This document shows positions 12,111 to 25,876 of a DNA stretch of 64,000 nucleotides, one piece after another. Source of the stretch: Octopus sinensis. Taxonomy: Eukaryota. The position numbers were made by a program, and so were the translations under genes. Position 1 is the first letter of the stretch. Each line of letters opens with the position of its first letter. The stretch is taken from assembly GCF_006345805.1 (NCBI RefSeq), contig NC_042997.1, forward strand, positions 152,086,001 through 152,150,000. The letters run 5' to 3'. The notes below the pieces were generated by a model. That model was not told where the DNA came from and made no database searches. It saw nothing but the letters and a program-made list of their open reading frames with translations.

Positions 12111-12868
12111 TTTATATATATATATGTGTGTGTGTATGTGTGTATGTTGATTTTCATTTTCATTTCTGTACACTGGAGTAACGTGTTATTGAAGAATACA
12201 TACATACGTACCTACATACATACATACATATAACGTAAGTTGTATTTTTTTTTTCTTTAATAGCAATACAATTTTAGCCTCACTGGAGAAGTAAACAAAT
12301 TAGTTACAGCACAGATTTATATTTGTCCGTGGGCAAAGATACGAGCGATCTGATAAGTTCCTACTCCTATACATCTTATATAGAACTATGAGAAGACTAG
12401 AAAGTAGAGAGATTGGTCTCAATTTTCCTTCTGACGGAAAGATAACACTAATAGTATAAGCGCATTATTTTCTTTTTGCAGAGGCTGAGAGTCCGAATTA
12501 ATTGAAAAACAAAGGCATAATTTATTTTCAAGAAATTCAAACAGACTGCGTAGAGGAGTCGAAATTTGATGTATCTGTGTATATCTATATGTATGTATAT
12601 ATGTGTGTGTGTTCGTGTGTTCACGTTAATGTGCGTGTTTCTAACAGTATGTGTGTGTATATATATATATATATATCTGTGTGTGTGTGTGTGTGTATGC
12701 ATATGTATATATATATATATATTATATATATATAGATATATATGTATACGCATTATATATGTATATATATATGTAGTATATATATATACATATATACATA
12801 TCTGTGTGCTTATTCATATATATATATATTAAATATCTATCTATCTATATATATATATATGTATATGT

Positions 12869-12911
<43 letters not shown>

Positions 12912-13414
12912 GTATATATATTATATATATATGTAATATATACAACTAAATGTACAAGTGTGTGTGTGCTTGCGTATATGTGCGTTTGTCTTTGCCTTAA
13001 TATTTGTATGCATGCGTATATAAACATATATATATATACACAGACGCGTGCATTTTTATAGTCCCCATAAACATATGCATATTAGATATGCATATGTATA
13101 TACGGAATGTTATTTCATATTTTTAAAGAAAGATCCAGAAAAGATAAGAGTAAAGCGCGTAAAATAAATTTATATCTTTTGAGGTTTTGGAGAGTTTGCT
13201 GAATTTTCCTAGAAATATAAAAAGTAATTTGACAAATGTATGTGAATTATAAATTGTACTTTTTATGGAAATGCATACGCATGGTCGAGCTCCGAGAAAC
13301 ACATACGCATATACATACATGTCCATGCATACACACATGGATACATACATTCATACACACACCGTGCATACATGGACATACATGTCAATCCTCTGTATAC
13401 ATACACACACACAC

Positions 13415-13461
<47 letters not shown>

Positions 13462-13776
13462 GATATATAAAATACAGTGTACATTTAAACACGTAAGGAA
13501 TCCGCCCATGGGATTCCTCACGCTAGAAAGAACGGCTAGGTTCCAAAACCACAAAATTAGGGATAAAATCCCGAAAGGAAAAAAATGAAAAAATAAAAAC
13601 TTTTACCATCTAGTTTCCTGGACAAATTGGTTTCTGATTTTAGTTGAGAAAATAAAATAAAATTTTTACACACTAGGCCACTGGAAGTGAAAATTTCTAT
13701 TAATTTCCATTTCCCTTCGATATGATTAAGTATACATATATATATAAATATATATTAATCTTTTCTACTCTAGGCA

Positions 13777-14122
13777 CAAGGCCCGAAATGTTGGGGGAGG
13801 GAGGAGTCGATTAGATCGACTCCAAAAGGATGAAAGGCAAAGTCGACCTCTGCGAAACTTGAACTCAGAACATAAACAATACCTATTTCTATTTCTTTAA
13901 TACCCACAAGGTGATAAACACAGAGAGGACAAACATGGACAGACAAACGGATTAAGTCGATCATATCGACCCCAGTGCGTAACTGGTATTTAATTTATCA
14001 GCTCCGAAAGGATGAAAGGCAAAGTCGACCTCGGTGGAATTTGAACTCAGAACGTAGCGGCAGACGAAATACCGCTAAGCATTTCGCCCGGCGTGCTGAC
14101 ATTTCTGCCAGCTCGCCGCCTT
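13777..14122 (-). mobile_element. Two adjacent Nin/Deu-like SINE segments
   Basis: aaaggatgaaaggcaaagtcgacctc occurs twice; head ends gccagctcgccgcct. Confidence 0.8.
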
Positions 14123-14694
14123 ATGTTTGTATATTAATACTGAAGTTACATTCCTACTACTCAGAGTTTCGTAAATGTCTTTTGCTGACCATGTAAATGG
14201 ATTCTGAAAAATTGGACAATATTTACTGCAGACAATCACTGAAGTTGAACAAGTTATAGATATTTTATATAGTTAACTCATACAATTACTGTAGCTAGTT
14301 AACTTTTGTGGGAAATGTGGCTGGAGTTACTCATGGTTTGAGTGAGAAAATCGAATGCATGTACTTGAATACTCATTTTTTTTATTCTTTTCAAGCTTAT
14401 CATTTTTGAGTGAGATTATTCGACATTTAAAGGAGTTTATGTTCACATTTTAAATCCGATTTGGATCATTTGGCTTTCTTTCATATTTTATAATCGTGAC
14501 TGTTTCTATACTTGCTTAAATCTATTATGAATCATTCTTCCAATCCTCGAAAACACTGAAAACATTTGCTGGTATATAATATAATATAATATGCGTGTGT
14601 GTGTGATATGTGTATATCTAGATGAATGGCTATATAAGTGTGCATATAAGCGCATGTAAATGTTATATGATACTTGTGAATATATATATATATA

Positions 14695-14890
14695 TTCTTT
14701 TATTCTTTTACCAGGTTCAGTCATTTAACTGCGGCCATGCTGGGGCACTGCCTTTAGTCGAGCAAATCGACCCCAGGACTTATTCTCTGTAAGCCTAGTA
14801 CTTATTCTATTGGTCTCTTTTGTCGGACCTCTAATTTACGGGGACGTAAACACACCACTATCGGTTGTCAACCGATGTTGGGGGGGACAA
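14695..14890 (-). mobile_element. Family A SINE, 3' half
   Basis: cagtcatttaactgcggccatgctggg...gaccccaggacttattctctgtaagcctagtact. Confidence 0.85.
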
Positions 14891-14939
14891 ATACAGACGC
14901 ACAGACATACACACGCACATACATACATACATACATACA

Positions 14940-14971
<32 letters not shown>

Positions 14972-15069
14972 CATACATTACATACATGTGTGTGTGTATG
15001 TGTGTGTGTGTGTGCATGTAAGTATGGATGGATGGATGGATGGATGGATGGATGGATGGATGGATGGAG

Positions 15070-15575
15070 GGATGTGCAGATTTGGATGTTGTATTCTCAT
15101 GCATATAGTTACATATCTAGGCGTGCTCATATATATTTAAATGATAAATTCCCGTGATGGATTGGATCTGTAGTATTCGAATTAGCTTTCTCGTTTCTGG
15201 TTTTGAGAAGCTTAAATTCTCAAGACTGGTATTTAGGCAGTGTGTTACATATCCCAGGGTACCAATAATTACAGGTATAAACCTGAACTTGCAATCTGGA
15301 TGGAGTAACTGCAGATTTCTCAACAGTTCAGTTTAGGTGTTCTCTTTTTCACTGATCTTTAGCTTTATGTTAACATCAGTTGGGCAGCTAGTTTCCACAA
15401 CTGTACACAGTTTCTCTTCTCCATCCCAAATCATTATATCAGGTCTGTTGTGCTTTCATTTTATTGAGGCCTTCACTGGTACATTCCACCAGCATTTATT
15501 TTTATTATGAGTGGCTATGGCTTCTGCCATATTGTGGGGTTTTATTTCTTTGCCCTTGGGATTATCCTTCCGACG
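15070..15575 (-). mobile_element. 3' fragment of a second RLE-type non-LTR retrotransposon
   Basis: Translation WWNVPV...HNRPDIMIWD...ETSCPTD..K..K...LRNLQLLHPD...PVIIGTLG (PD-(D/E)xK domain), with stops. Confidence 0.8.
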
Positions 15576-15675
15576 GATATGTATGCATGTATGTGTGTAT
15601 GTGTGTGTATGTGTGTGTATGTATGTATGTATGTATGTATGTATGTATGTATGTATGTATGTTGTATGTATTATG

Positions 15676-16200
15676 TCCTTGAAGGGTCCTTGAAGACACA
15701 CAGATCCTGAGGACAGCTGATATCTTGAGTATTGAGGCGATGGTGCACAATGAAAGATAGAATGAAAGATAGAAGGATTCCTAAGCAGATGCTCTATGGA
15801 GAACTTGTGAATGGATGGAGACTCCGGCAGAAACCAAGGCTGCGATTTAAGGACTCTGTCAAGTCCTCATTAAAGGCCTGTGATATGCAGGACACTGACT
15901 GGGAGAACAATGCCTGTGATCGCCACAGATGGAGGAAGCAGGTTAAGGAGGGGATCGACACTTTTGAGAGAGCACGTATCCAGCATGAAGAACTTAAGCG
16001 AGCTGCGCGAAAGCGCACGGCTCGTATAGTGAATGGGGAAAGCTTGGTCTGCAATGTTTGCAGTCGTGTATGCTTGTCAAGAGCAAGGCTCATTAGCCAC
16101 CAACGGAGCCGCAAATGCAAAATATAACTTAGTCCTAGAGCGCACAATGTTCCTGAAGGTCGGCAATGGTCTTCCTCGGTCACGAGTGGACGGCCATCAT
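15676..16200 (+). mobile_element. RTE-clade LINE 3' fragment
   Basis: RIPKQMLYGELVNG.R...KPRLRFKDSVK...W...DR..WR and C-terminal CNVC..VCLSRARLISHQR zinc finger, typical of RTE/BovB-like ORF ends. Confidence 0.88.
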
Positions 16201-16237
16201 GTATTATGTATGTATGTGTATGTATGTATGTATGTAA

Positions 16238-16268
<31 letters not shown>

Positions 16269-17114
16269 TGTATGTATGTATGTATGTATGTATGTATATT
16301 GCGGGGATATTTACTTGAGTGGTTTGGGATGTAAGTGTGAGTCTGTCCATGTATGTGAGCGTGTATCTTTACCCTTATAGCGTCACGCTATTGAGTACTG
16401 CGTACAGCATTGCTTGAATACAATTGAATATGACGGTGGCAGAATTTTAAAATTGAAACTAATTTATAAAGATGATCGTTAAATTAAAACTGTTAGGCAG
16501 TTATATAATTCTTTGACCAAAAATTAAGCTGTGGTAAAAGTTCTGATAAATAAAAACACGTTTGAAATAAGAAAAGTTTGTTCATTTTTATTGTTATTTT
16601 GACATACATTTAAGAATTATTAATACTTTTTTCATAAAAGGAAACAAAGATAAATCAAAATCTAAAACATATTTTTCTGGTAGTCGGTGTCTTTTATGTT
16701 TATAATTGATTTATCATTAAACAAAATGGCAATTTAAGTCAACGTATACAAACATATGAAAATTGGTATTCAATATTAGTTGTGTATATAAATGGAAATG
16801 GAGAGTCTGTTATTGTTAATCTAAGTTCATAAGATTAGTTCATATTTAAGCACAAACTGCAAGTATAAACAGTACAGTGTAAGCAGACACAGAATGTGTA
16901 TATTATATATTCTGGGTGTGTATAAATATATATAGTATGTTTGTAACTATAAACAGTATTTATGCATAAATTTATATAGTATAAGTGTGTAAATATAAGT
17001 AGTAATTGTATTAATATTGAAGAACAGATAGTTACATAAAAGTATGTACAAGATAATATGTGCGTAAATGCATAAGTAAATCGTATACAATATATATTAC
17101 TATTATATATATAA

Positions 17115-17151
<37 letters not shown>

Positions 17152-18064
17152 ATATATATATGTATGATGTATAATGGTATGTATGTATGTATGTATGTAA
17201 TTGAGGTGTGTTTCTGTTTAAGAACGTATAAGAGTAAAATATAGCTCGTATCACCCTTTACACCCTGTATATACAGGACCTGTATTATCGAAACACTTGT
17301 AGACTTTAAAAAAGCTGTCTAACCGTACTTACTCTTCCTTTTGACTCTTTTACATTATAATATATAATATATATTTGTTTGAAAACATGGCAAGATGAAT
17401 TTTTTCGTGTTACAGATTATTAAAGTGTTTACACCGATACCTGGGTAGCAAAATCACAGCAGAAAAAAACAACGGTTGGAGATAAGACCTATGGTGTTAT
17501 CAACCGTGGCGTTGGTGCGGATAATTGAAGTTTAATATAATTATGATGGAAGAAATGGAGTTGACGAAGATGTGTACAGAATTCCTTTTATTACATTCTA
17601 CACATGTTTCAAAGGCCACAATTTTCCAAATTCTGATAAATAAGGATACCATATTGCAGCTTTCTTCTCTTCAGGAAACCAGGAATTACGTTGTCAGAAC
17701 AAAACAAACAGAGGCGCAGCAAAGCAATTCGAACGAGGACGCCCTTAAGAGCCCATGGATAATATATATATATGCAAAAATTTAGATTCAGATGAATATG
17801 GTACTTAAATGTTGAGGCACCAGCATTTAGAACAGTATTATCTATGCAATTTCAAAATAAGGTGATTAAAATCAAAATAAGCAACAAGGATATCCAGAGG
17901 TAATGCAGTACGATCGTTTCAAGCAACTCTATTTAATTGAACAATGCAATCATTACAGCAATTTAAATGCAGAGCAATCCTCAGCTGCATAATGTTACCT
18001 AAAATCTCCAAGAAGTTAAGGAAGATAGTCAGAGAACAATATATAATATATATATATATATAAT

Positions 18065-18095
<31 letters not shown>

Positions 18096-18403
18096 GTATG
18101 TATATGTAACATGCGTATAAGTATAGTTACTATGTAAGTAGTAATAGATAGAGTATACAACGCCTATGTAACATACGTTGTCAGTAGGCGAAGTATTCAA
18201 TTATGTCTATGTTAAGCGTGGAAGTACACACTACATCAATTTATGTTTAGGCAATATACGTAAGTAACCATAAATGTAGATAATATGTGTGAATACAACT
18301 AGAGAGTATATATTCGCCTGAGTGTAAATATACATATAGCATATTCTAAATATAGATAGCATGTTGTATCTAAGCTGTACATGTTATCTAACTATAAGTC
18401 ATC

Positions 18404-18447
<44 letters not shown>

Positions 18448-18905
18448 GAATTCAGTTGAATTAGGTACATAAATTAAGGCACCTTACCAGTTCAGTATAG
18501 TTCGCTTAGCTCCAAATTAGGTGAACAGAATGTAAATAAGTAACAAGATTGTACAGGTGTCAATATATTACGGTTGTTTCAATTAAATGGGGCCGCTTGA
18601 AACCTGCGTAATGTATTGTCACCTGTACATCCTTGTTACTTATTTATGTGTGTGTGTGTGTGTGTTGTGTATCAGTTTAATACACAATCGAAAGAGCTAC
18701 TATTAGTTTCATGCTTTTAACTAAGCATATTTATAAAATACACCATGTATCTCCAAGCAAATAAAACCTGAAAGATTGGTTGGAGCTACATGAAGTATTT
18801 CATATTATATATGCCTAATTAAAGTATCAAAAATCATAAAATTATTAGTAGTCTCTTTGTGTGTGTGCATTGAGTTGATATATATGTATGTATGTGTATG
18901 TGTAG

Positions 18906-18953
<48 letters not shown>

Positions 18954-19782
18954 GCCTGTATGTATGCCAGCTTGTGTGTGTGTTTGTGTGTGTGTGTGTG
19001 TGGTTGTGTGTGTGTGTGTTGCATAATTAGTGGGCTTGACACAGGTTGGCACGTTTATTTCGTGAGATAGTGTATCGATGGTGGCATTGCAGAAGATCCA
19101 ACTCTACTTCATTATCTCTACTATTCTGGCAATTAGGTTGGGATAATGCGTAGAATTCTAATCCTTTTCTGTAAAACACAAACACACACACACGCTGCCA
19201 AAAGTAAATACGAACTTGCGACTCATGATATAGTAGCTCGAAACTATCGACTGTAGACTGCTTCCGTATGTGATTTCAACAGGTCAAAGGGTCATTCTGA
19301 CTCAGATGTCTTCTTATAATGTTGTTTACTAGTCACCTTATTTGATGTACATGAAATGTTTTCAAGTCGCCTGGGATCCGAAACAGTAAATTGCTTCACT
19401 GATCGATCGACAGTTTGGCGTCAGAAAACAGAATTTTCGTATCTAATTTCCATTGCAACGAAAGAAATGTTCGATGTCTCGATGTCTCAGAAATGAACAG
19501 AAATGGCGCCAGTGATGGTAAATGAAAAAGACCTTATGAGTAATTAACAGAAAGGCCAACGACTTATACAATGTCCAAAAGATGTGCGAGAATAGACATA
19601 AAACAGAAATTGCTGAAAGATGAAATGACAACTGCCTTTTTCTGTTACTTTGTGTATTTTGATTTACGTACACTGTTAAGACTTAGTCATGACAAAATAT
19701 TTTATTCTGACAATCTTTCTGTAACGGAGCTACCGTGTATCCCCAAACCGCTTACTTATTAGTTGTATTCGTGTTGCTGCTG

Positions 19783-19825
<43 letters not shown>

Positions 19826-19832
19826 AACTACA

Positions 19833-19868
<36 letters not shown>

Positions 19869-19928
19869 GTCACCACCACCACCACGGTGAATAACAATAA
19901 TAAATAATAATAATAATAATAATAATAA

Positions 19929-20330
19929 TAGGCGCAACAGTGGCTGTGTGGTAAGTAGCTTGCTTACCAACCACATGGTTCCGGGTTCAGTCGCACTGCG
20001 TGGCACCCTGGGCAAGTGTCTTCTACTATAGCCTCGGGCCGACCAAAGCCTTGAGAGTGGATTTGGTAGACAGAAACTGAAAGAAGCCCGTCGTATATAT
20101 ATATATGTATATATATGTGTGTATGTATGTGTGTGTGTGTGTGTGTGTCCCAACATCACTTGACAACCGATGCTGGTGTGTTTATATCTCCATAACTTAG
20201 CGGTTCAGCAAAAGAGACCAATGGAATAAGTACTAGGCTTACAAAGAATAAGTCCTGGGGTCGATATGCTCGACTAAAGGCTGTGCTCCAGCATAGCCGC
20301 AGTCAAAATGCCTGAAACGAGTAAAAGAGA
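19929..20330 (+). mobile_element. Full-length bipartite SINE (family A; tRNA head, CORE-like segment, internal microsatellite, 3' half)
   Basis: agtggctgtgtggtaag A box, gggttcagtc B-box region, gtggcaccctgggcaagtgtc (resembles MIR core gtgaccttgggcaagt), tail gtaaaagag. Confidence 0.88.
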
Positions 20331-20395
20331 GAAGAAGAAGAAGAAGTGAAGAAGAAGAAGAAGAAGGCGACGACGACGACTACTACTACTACTAC

Positions 20396-21100
20396 TAGTC
20401 GATCCCAGTGTTTCAATGGTACTTAATTTATCGACCCCGAAAGGATGAAAGGCAAATTCAACCTCGGTGGAATTTGAACTCAGAACGTAAAGACGGACGG
20501 GATGCCGCGAAATATATTACCTGGTGTGCTAACGATTCTGTTTGCTTGCTGCTTTAATATTGACTGTTGACTCCAGTACTTGACTGGTAATTTATTTTAT
20601 TAATCTCGAAAAGATGAAAAGTAAATTTATACTCGGCGGGATTTGAACTTGGAGCGTAGAAGCTCACAAGAAATATAGTAAAATATACATTCCTGAGCAC
20701 TAACGATTCTGCCAGCTCACTGACTTCATTATCTGACGCTAACCTAAGAACAAGACCAGCAATTTTTGAGGGAAGATTTGTCTATACTGTCGACTTCAGT
20801 ACCAAAATGATACTGTTTGACTTTAGAATACAACGAATCGGAACTCGTTTATTTAATTTCAAATCTCTAATGCTTCTGTTGGCTCGATAGTTTTAATGGT
20901 TTCAAAATGAACTACAGGCTACCGAGAAAGGTAATTAGTCGGTACGGTACCGTCAACTGCACTACTAGATTGGTACATTATTTTATTGACACAGGAGGAA
21001 GTTAAACTTGGTGGGATTAGAACTCTGAACGTAGAGTTGGAAGAAATAATACAAGGCACTCTACGTTGTAGCGAGTCTGCCCAGTTACCACCATTTGTAA
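20396..21100 (-). mobile_element. Cluster of three Nin/Deu-like SINEs of differing age
   Basis: tggtacttaatttatcgaccccgaaaggatgaaaggc at 20.4 kb; decayed matches at 20.6 and 20.95 kb. Confidence 0.75.
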
Positions 21101-21131
21101 TTTTATACATATATTTATATACATATAATAC

Positions 21132-21163
<32 letters not shown>

Positions 21164-21170
21164 ATATTTA

Positions 21171-21245
21171 TCAAGTGGTGCTATTAAGTTAGACATGGCC
21201 TGGACCAATCATTGGTCGAAACAAATCTAAGTTTATCTAAGTTTA
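21171..21245 (+). mobile_element. Terminal ~75 bp of a CR1-type LINE related to the 60.6-64 kb element
   Basis: gtggtgctattaagttagacatggcctgg is identical to the large LINE 3' end; tail is (atctaagttt)2. Confidence 0.8.
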
Positions 21246-21325
21246 TATATATATTATAAATATATATATATATATATACATATATATACGCAATATATAT
21301 ATACATATGTATAAATATATATATA

Positions 21326-21402
<77 letters not shown>

Positions 21403-21714
21403 TAATATATAAGTGGAGATATTAATAATTCAGTCAGTTATCTAGAGACCATTTAGTATTAAAAGCAAACTTGGTTAACTACATCAAACATCAGATACTA
21501 ATAAATTCAAAAACATCAATATCCAAGGTAATTCCTCGTGAATGATAAGTTAAACCAAATATCACTTGATAACATAGTGCACGCATAAATTTTCGGATAT
21601 CTTGGTTGGACTGGTGTTTGTACCTTTTTCTATACCTAAATATGCTGCCACAAGAGAAACAATCATCGGTACTGTATGGTGTCGGTAATGTACATGTGAT
21701 CTATAGCTTTCATT

Positions 21715-22100
21715 TTTTTCTTTTACTTGTTTCAGGTATTAGAATGTGGCCTTGCTGGAGCACCGCCTTTTAATTTTTAGTCGAATTATTCGACCCCAAG
21801 AATATATTTAATAAGCCTGATATTTATTCTGTCGGTTTCTTCTGCCGAACCGTTAAGTTACAGGGATTTTACGGGCAAACACACCAACACCAGTTGTCAA
21901 GCGGTGAGGTGCAGGCTTCAAAGACAGTTAGAAAGACACATATACATAAACACCACACACAAACACACACACATATATATATATATATATCATAGTTTCT
22001 GTCTACCAGATCCACTCACAAGGCTTTGGTGGGCCCGAGAGTATAGTAGAAGACAATTGTCTTGTGCTACACAGTGACACTGAACCCGGAAGCATGCAGA
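21715..22100 (-). mobile_element. Family A SINE
   Basis: Both halves recognisable around an internal CA/TA tract. Confidence 0.8.
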
Positions 22101-22107
22101 TACATAC

Positions 22108-22141
<34 letters not shown>

Positions 22142-22309
22142 CTATAATATATATATATACATACATATAATATATATATATATATTATATTATATATATA
22201 TATATAATATATATATATACATGCATACATACATACATACATGCATACATACATACATACATACATACATACACTACATACATACATACTATATATTGTC
22301 CATACTTTC

Positions 22310-22495
22310 GAAACGCGGAATAGATAAAACAGGGGACAACTGATGAAGGGATGTTCTTTATGTTGCCTGTCTCATTTCTCTATTTGTTTCTTTCGTTGTT
22401 CGAAAAAGAAGTTCGTTTTCCATGGCTTTGTTTTTTATGTTCTCGTTTCTCATTTTGTTCACGTTTTTTTTTTTTACGTCCTGTACCCCATATGT
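22310..22495 (+). repeat. TA-flanked interspersed repeat fragment (related to 38885-39060 and ~23820, both minus)
   Basis: Shared ttcgaaacg...ctga(t/a)gaagg...gtttctcatt.tgttc...gtcctgtac. Confidence 0.6.
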
Positions 22496-22579
22496 GCATG
22501 TATATTATACATATATATGTAGGTATGTTGCGGTATATATATATATATATATATAATTTAATATATATATATATTATAT

Positions 22580-22631
<52 letters not shown>

Positions 22632-23581
22632 TATTATTATATTATTAGTATAATAGCGTCACTCAACTCCTCACCACAAAGATGGTGTGTGAAGGGACCG
22701 TCTACTTAAAAGCGATTTGGCTCTTTCAATACAGTCAGAGTTTCAACAAAACCTGTTAAGTGTAATCTTTTTATGCAAACTGTCCGAAAAAGAGATTGAA
22801 TAACCGTCAACAATTCCTTTAAGGAAATTCAATCAACTAAATTCTTCGCATGCGATAATTAATTTTGTCCCTAGATGAACAAAAAAAAATGTTATCAACG
22901 TGCGAGTGTTTTTTTTTTTATGTTTCATGTTTATATGCGGATTTTTTTCCTTCTGCGTGAGTGTGTGAGTGTGTGTATGTGCGTGTATGCGTATTTATGT
23001 ATGGGTTAATAAGTGTGTGTGTGCGTGTGTTCGTGTGTGTGTGTGTGTGTGCGTGTGGTGTGTGTGTGTGTGTGTGTACTGGCAGTGAAGACGAAGAAGC
23101 ATTTCTGCTCAGAACAAACTGACTCAATTTATTAAGAATTACAATGCACGTATATTTTTTTCATTTCATTTGGTTCCCCTTTCCTCTTTCTTTCTGTCTC
23201 TCTCTTTCCTTCTCTCTCTCTCTTTCTTTCTTTCTCTCTCTCTCTCTTGCTCTTTATTTATCTATCTATATGAGTCTGCCTATGCACTCTATGTATATAT
23301 TTGTATGTGTGTTAGTGTGTGTATAAACATACGTACCCCACACTGAGAAGTCTAAGTTCTTCACTCTATCCCTATATTTCTAGATGCTTCTCTCCGGCGT
23401 ATCTCTTACTTCTCTTTCTTCCTCTATCTCTTTTTACCTAACTTAATCTGCCCTAAAAACTCGACGTGTGACTGTATAAATGCATATATGAGTGCATAAT
23501 ATAACATATATAAATATATTATATTATATACATATATTTACATATATATATATGTATATATATGTATGTATATAATATGTA

Positions 23582-23652
<71 letters not shown>

Positions 23653-23872
23653 AACGTACTTGGAGGAGAAGAAACGAAACGAACGAATCGAATCGAATCG
23701 ACGCGAGGGTGCTCAGTCATACAATAGTGTAATAAATAAAATATATGCATACATACATACATATATGTACGTACCTACATCTACATGTATATATACATGC
23801 ATATATAAATATATATACGTGAGTACAGGACACCACAAATAGACGTACACTCATATATGCATTTATACAGGT

Positions 23873-23907
<35 letters not shown>

Positions 23908-24499
23908 CTGTCGCATGTATATATACGTACATGTAAGTATATAAGTATACACATGAATGTATGCAGGTTTGCAGTAATGCACATATGTTATTTATCTGAC
24001 TACGAACCCACATATTTTTGTATGAATGTATTTTCGTTGATATTCATTCAAGGTCTTTATAGATTTCAAGCCGCTCACTACCAATGTGACAAGATTTTTT
24101 TTTGGCTTTGTTTTTAGTGAAGACGAACCCAAGTATTTATGAATAGATTCGGGAATTAGTTTCTGTATATATCTAAACAATGATGTACGTCTGTATATTT
24201 GCTTTCATGTAGTGGAGGTACATGTCTTTCTTTTGGTATGTGATTACATTTTATGAATGCATGTGAATATGTCATACGCCCTTATGGGATATTCTGTAGT
24301 CTTTCATTCCATGAAACTCAATTAGGGAATATGTGAAATGATTTACAAACCCACAATGAACCACTAATTCATTTGTTTGAGCGATAAAACTCAGATTGTC
24401 TCGTTCTGTCCTGGGGAAAAGTTAGCATTTCCAGTCCTTTATGCAAATATTTTGTTATATAGATCGCTGCGTAAATCACATATTTCAATGTAATTTTTT

Positions 24500-24705
24500 T
24501 TTTTTTACTGTTTACTTGTTTCAGTCTTTAGATTGCGGCCATGCTGTGGCACCACTTGGAAACATTTTAGTTGAACGAAATCGAACCCAGGACTTATTTT
24601 TTGCTTTAATCCTGCTACCTATTATCTCGGGCTCGTTTGTCGAACTGCTAAGTTACTGGAACGTAAACACATGAACGCCAGTTGTCAAAGTAGTGACTGG
24701 GACAA
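24500..24705 (-). mobile_element. Family A SINE, 3' half
   Basis: tttcagtctttagattgcggccatgctg...tttgtcgaactgctaagttac. Confidence 0.75.
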
Positions 24706-24749
24706 AAACAGACAGAAAAAAACACACACACACGATATGTATGTGTGTA

Positions 24750-24940
24750 GATGATGATGATGATGGTGGTGGTGCTGGTGGTGCTGGTGGTGGTGCTAGT
24801 GCTGGTGCTGGTGCTGGAGATGGTGATGGTGATGGTGATGATGGTGATGGTGATGATGGTGATGATGATGATGATGATGATGATGATGTTGATGAGGATG
24901 ATGATGATGATGATGATTATGATGTCGATGATGATGATGG
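24750..24940. repeat. (GAT/GGT)n trinucleotide microsatellite
   Basis: Seen directly. Confidence 0.95.
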
Positions 24941-25004
24941 ACTCTCCCGTCAAAGAAGACATGTGAGCATTCAGTCTCTTGCCAAACGATCTGCGTATAT
25001 ATAT

Positions 25005-25385
25005 TTAAATTTGAGAGCACTAAAAATCGAACATACCCGTCTGATTTGAGTAACCTCAGACAAACCATCGTCGACATCCAGTACCAACAAATTCAAAATA
25101 TACGAATGAGGCTCTGCATCTTCCCCTGTTCACCCACGTGACCTATAGTGCAACAAATTCCTACAGAGGAATTTGTAGTTTATTATCAGAGAGAATTATA
25201 TTGTCAATAATAATAAGGGTAAAATTAATTCATTAATTAGTAATTAATAATTTTACCAAGCAGTGTTCAGTATGTAAAAGGACCATTGACAGTAAATATA
25301 ACCATTACTTAATATAATTAGGGTTCAGCAAAAAAATTGCTTTACCACACACCGAACTTTTAGAAATAGTAGAAATAGTAGTTCG
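25005..25385 (-). repeat. Diverged single copy of the 545-bp array unit (partial, lacking the hammerhead-like segment)
   Basis: ccaacaaattcaaaata, aaaattaatt, gtgttcagtatg.aaa.ggaccatt and ttagaaatag blocks are colinear with the 55491-58092 unit. Confidence 0.75.
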
Positions 25386-25775
25386 GCAAAAGAAATCGAC
25401 AGAATAAATAGTAGGCTTACAAAGAATAAGTCCTGGGTCTATTCATTCGACTAAAGGCAGTACTCCAGTATGGCCGCAGTCAAATGACTGCAACAAGCAA
25501 AAGAATAGAAGAATACATATACACCACGTGTGTGTGTGCGTGCGTGCGTGTGTGTGTATGTCTGTATGTGAGTGTGTATATATGTATATATTTTTATTCT
25601 TTTGCTTGTTTCAATTACTTGACTGCGGCTATACTGGAGCACCGCCTTTAATCGAGCAAATAGACCCCAGGACTTAATCTTTGTTCTATCAGTTTCTTTT
25701 GTCGAACCGCTATGTTACAGGGACGTAAACACACCAGCATCGATTTTAGCCGATGTTCATGTGGACAAATACACA
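25380..25775. mobile_element. Tail-to-tail pair of family A SINE 3' halves
   Basis: taggcttacaaagaataagtcc...ggccgcagtcaaatgactg (+), then ttgactgcggctatactggagcaccgcc (-). Confidence 0.8.
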
Positions 25776-25842
25776 CAGACAAATACATACACACTTATAT
25801 ATAAATAGATAGATAGGTAGATAGATATACATACATATATAT

Positions 25843-25876
<34 letters not shown>

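Noticed and set aside
12462-12570. Strong splice acceptor ttttctttttgcag at ~12480
   Set aside because: Stops in all three frames within 25 nt; could only be a UTR or terminal exon, with no supporting evidence
17416-17760. Non-repetitive stretch with protein-like peptides (e.g. NYDGRNGVDEDVYRIPFITFY)
   Set aside because: No continuous frame with consistent splice sites and no recognised family
22312-22358. GAAAC followed ~25 nt later by CUGAUGA (also 39020-39060 minus), suggesting a type II hammerhead
   Set aside because: The intervening sequence cannot form stem I, and the 22.3-kb copy lacks U16.1
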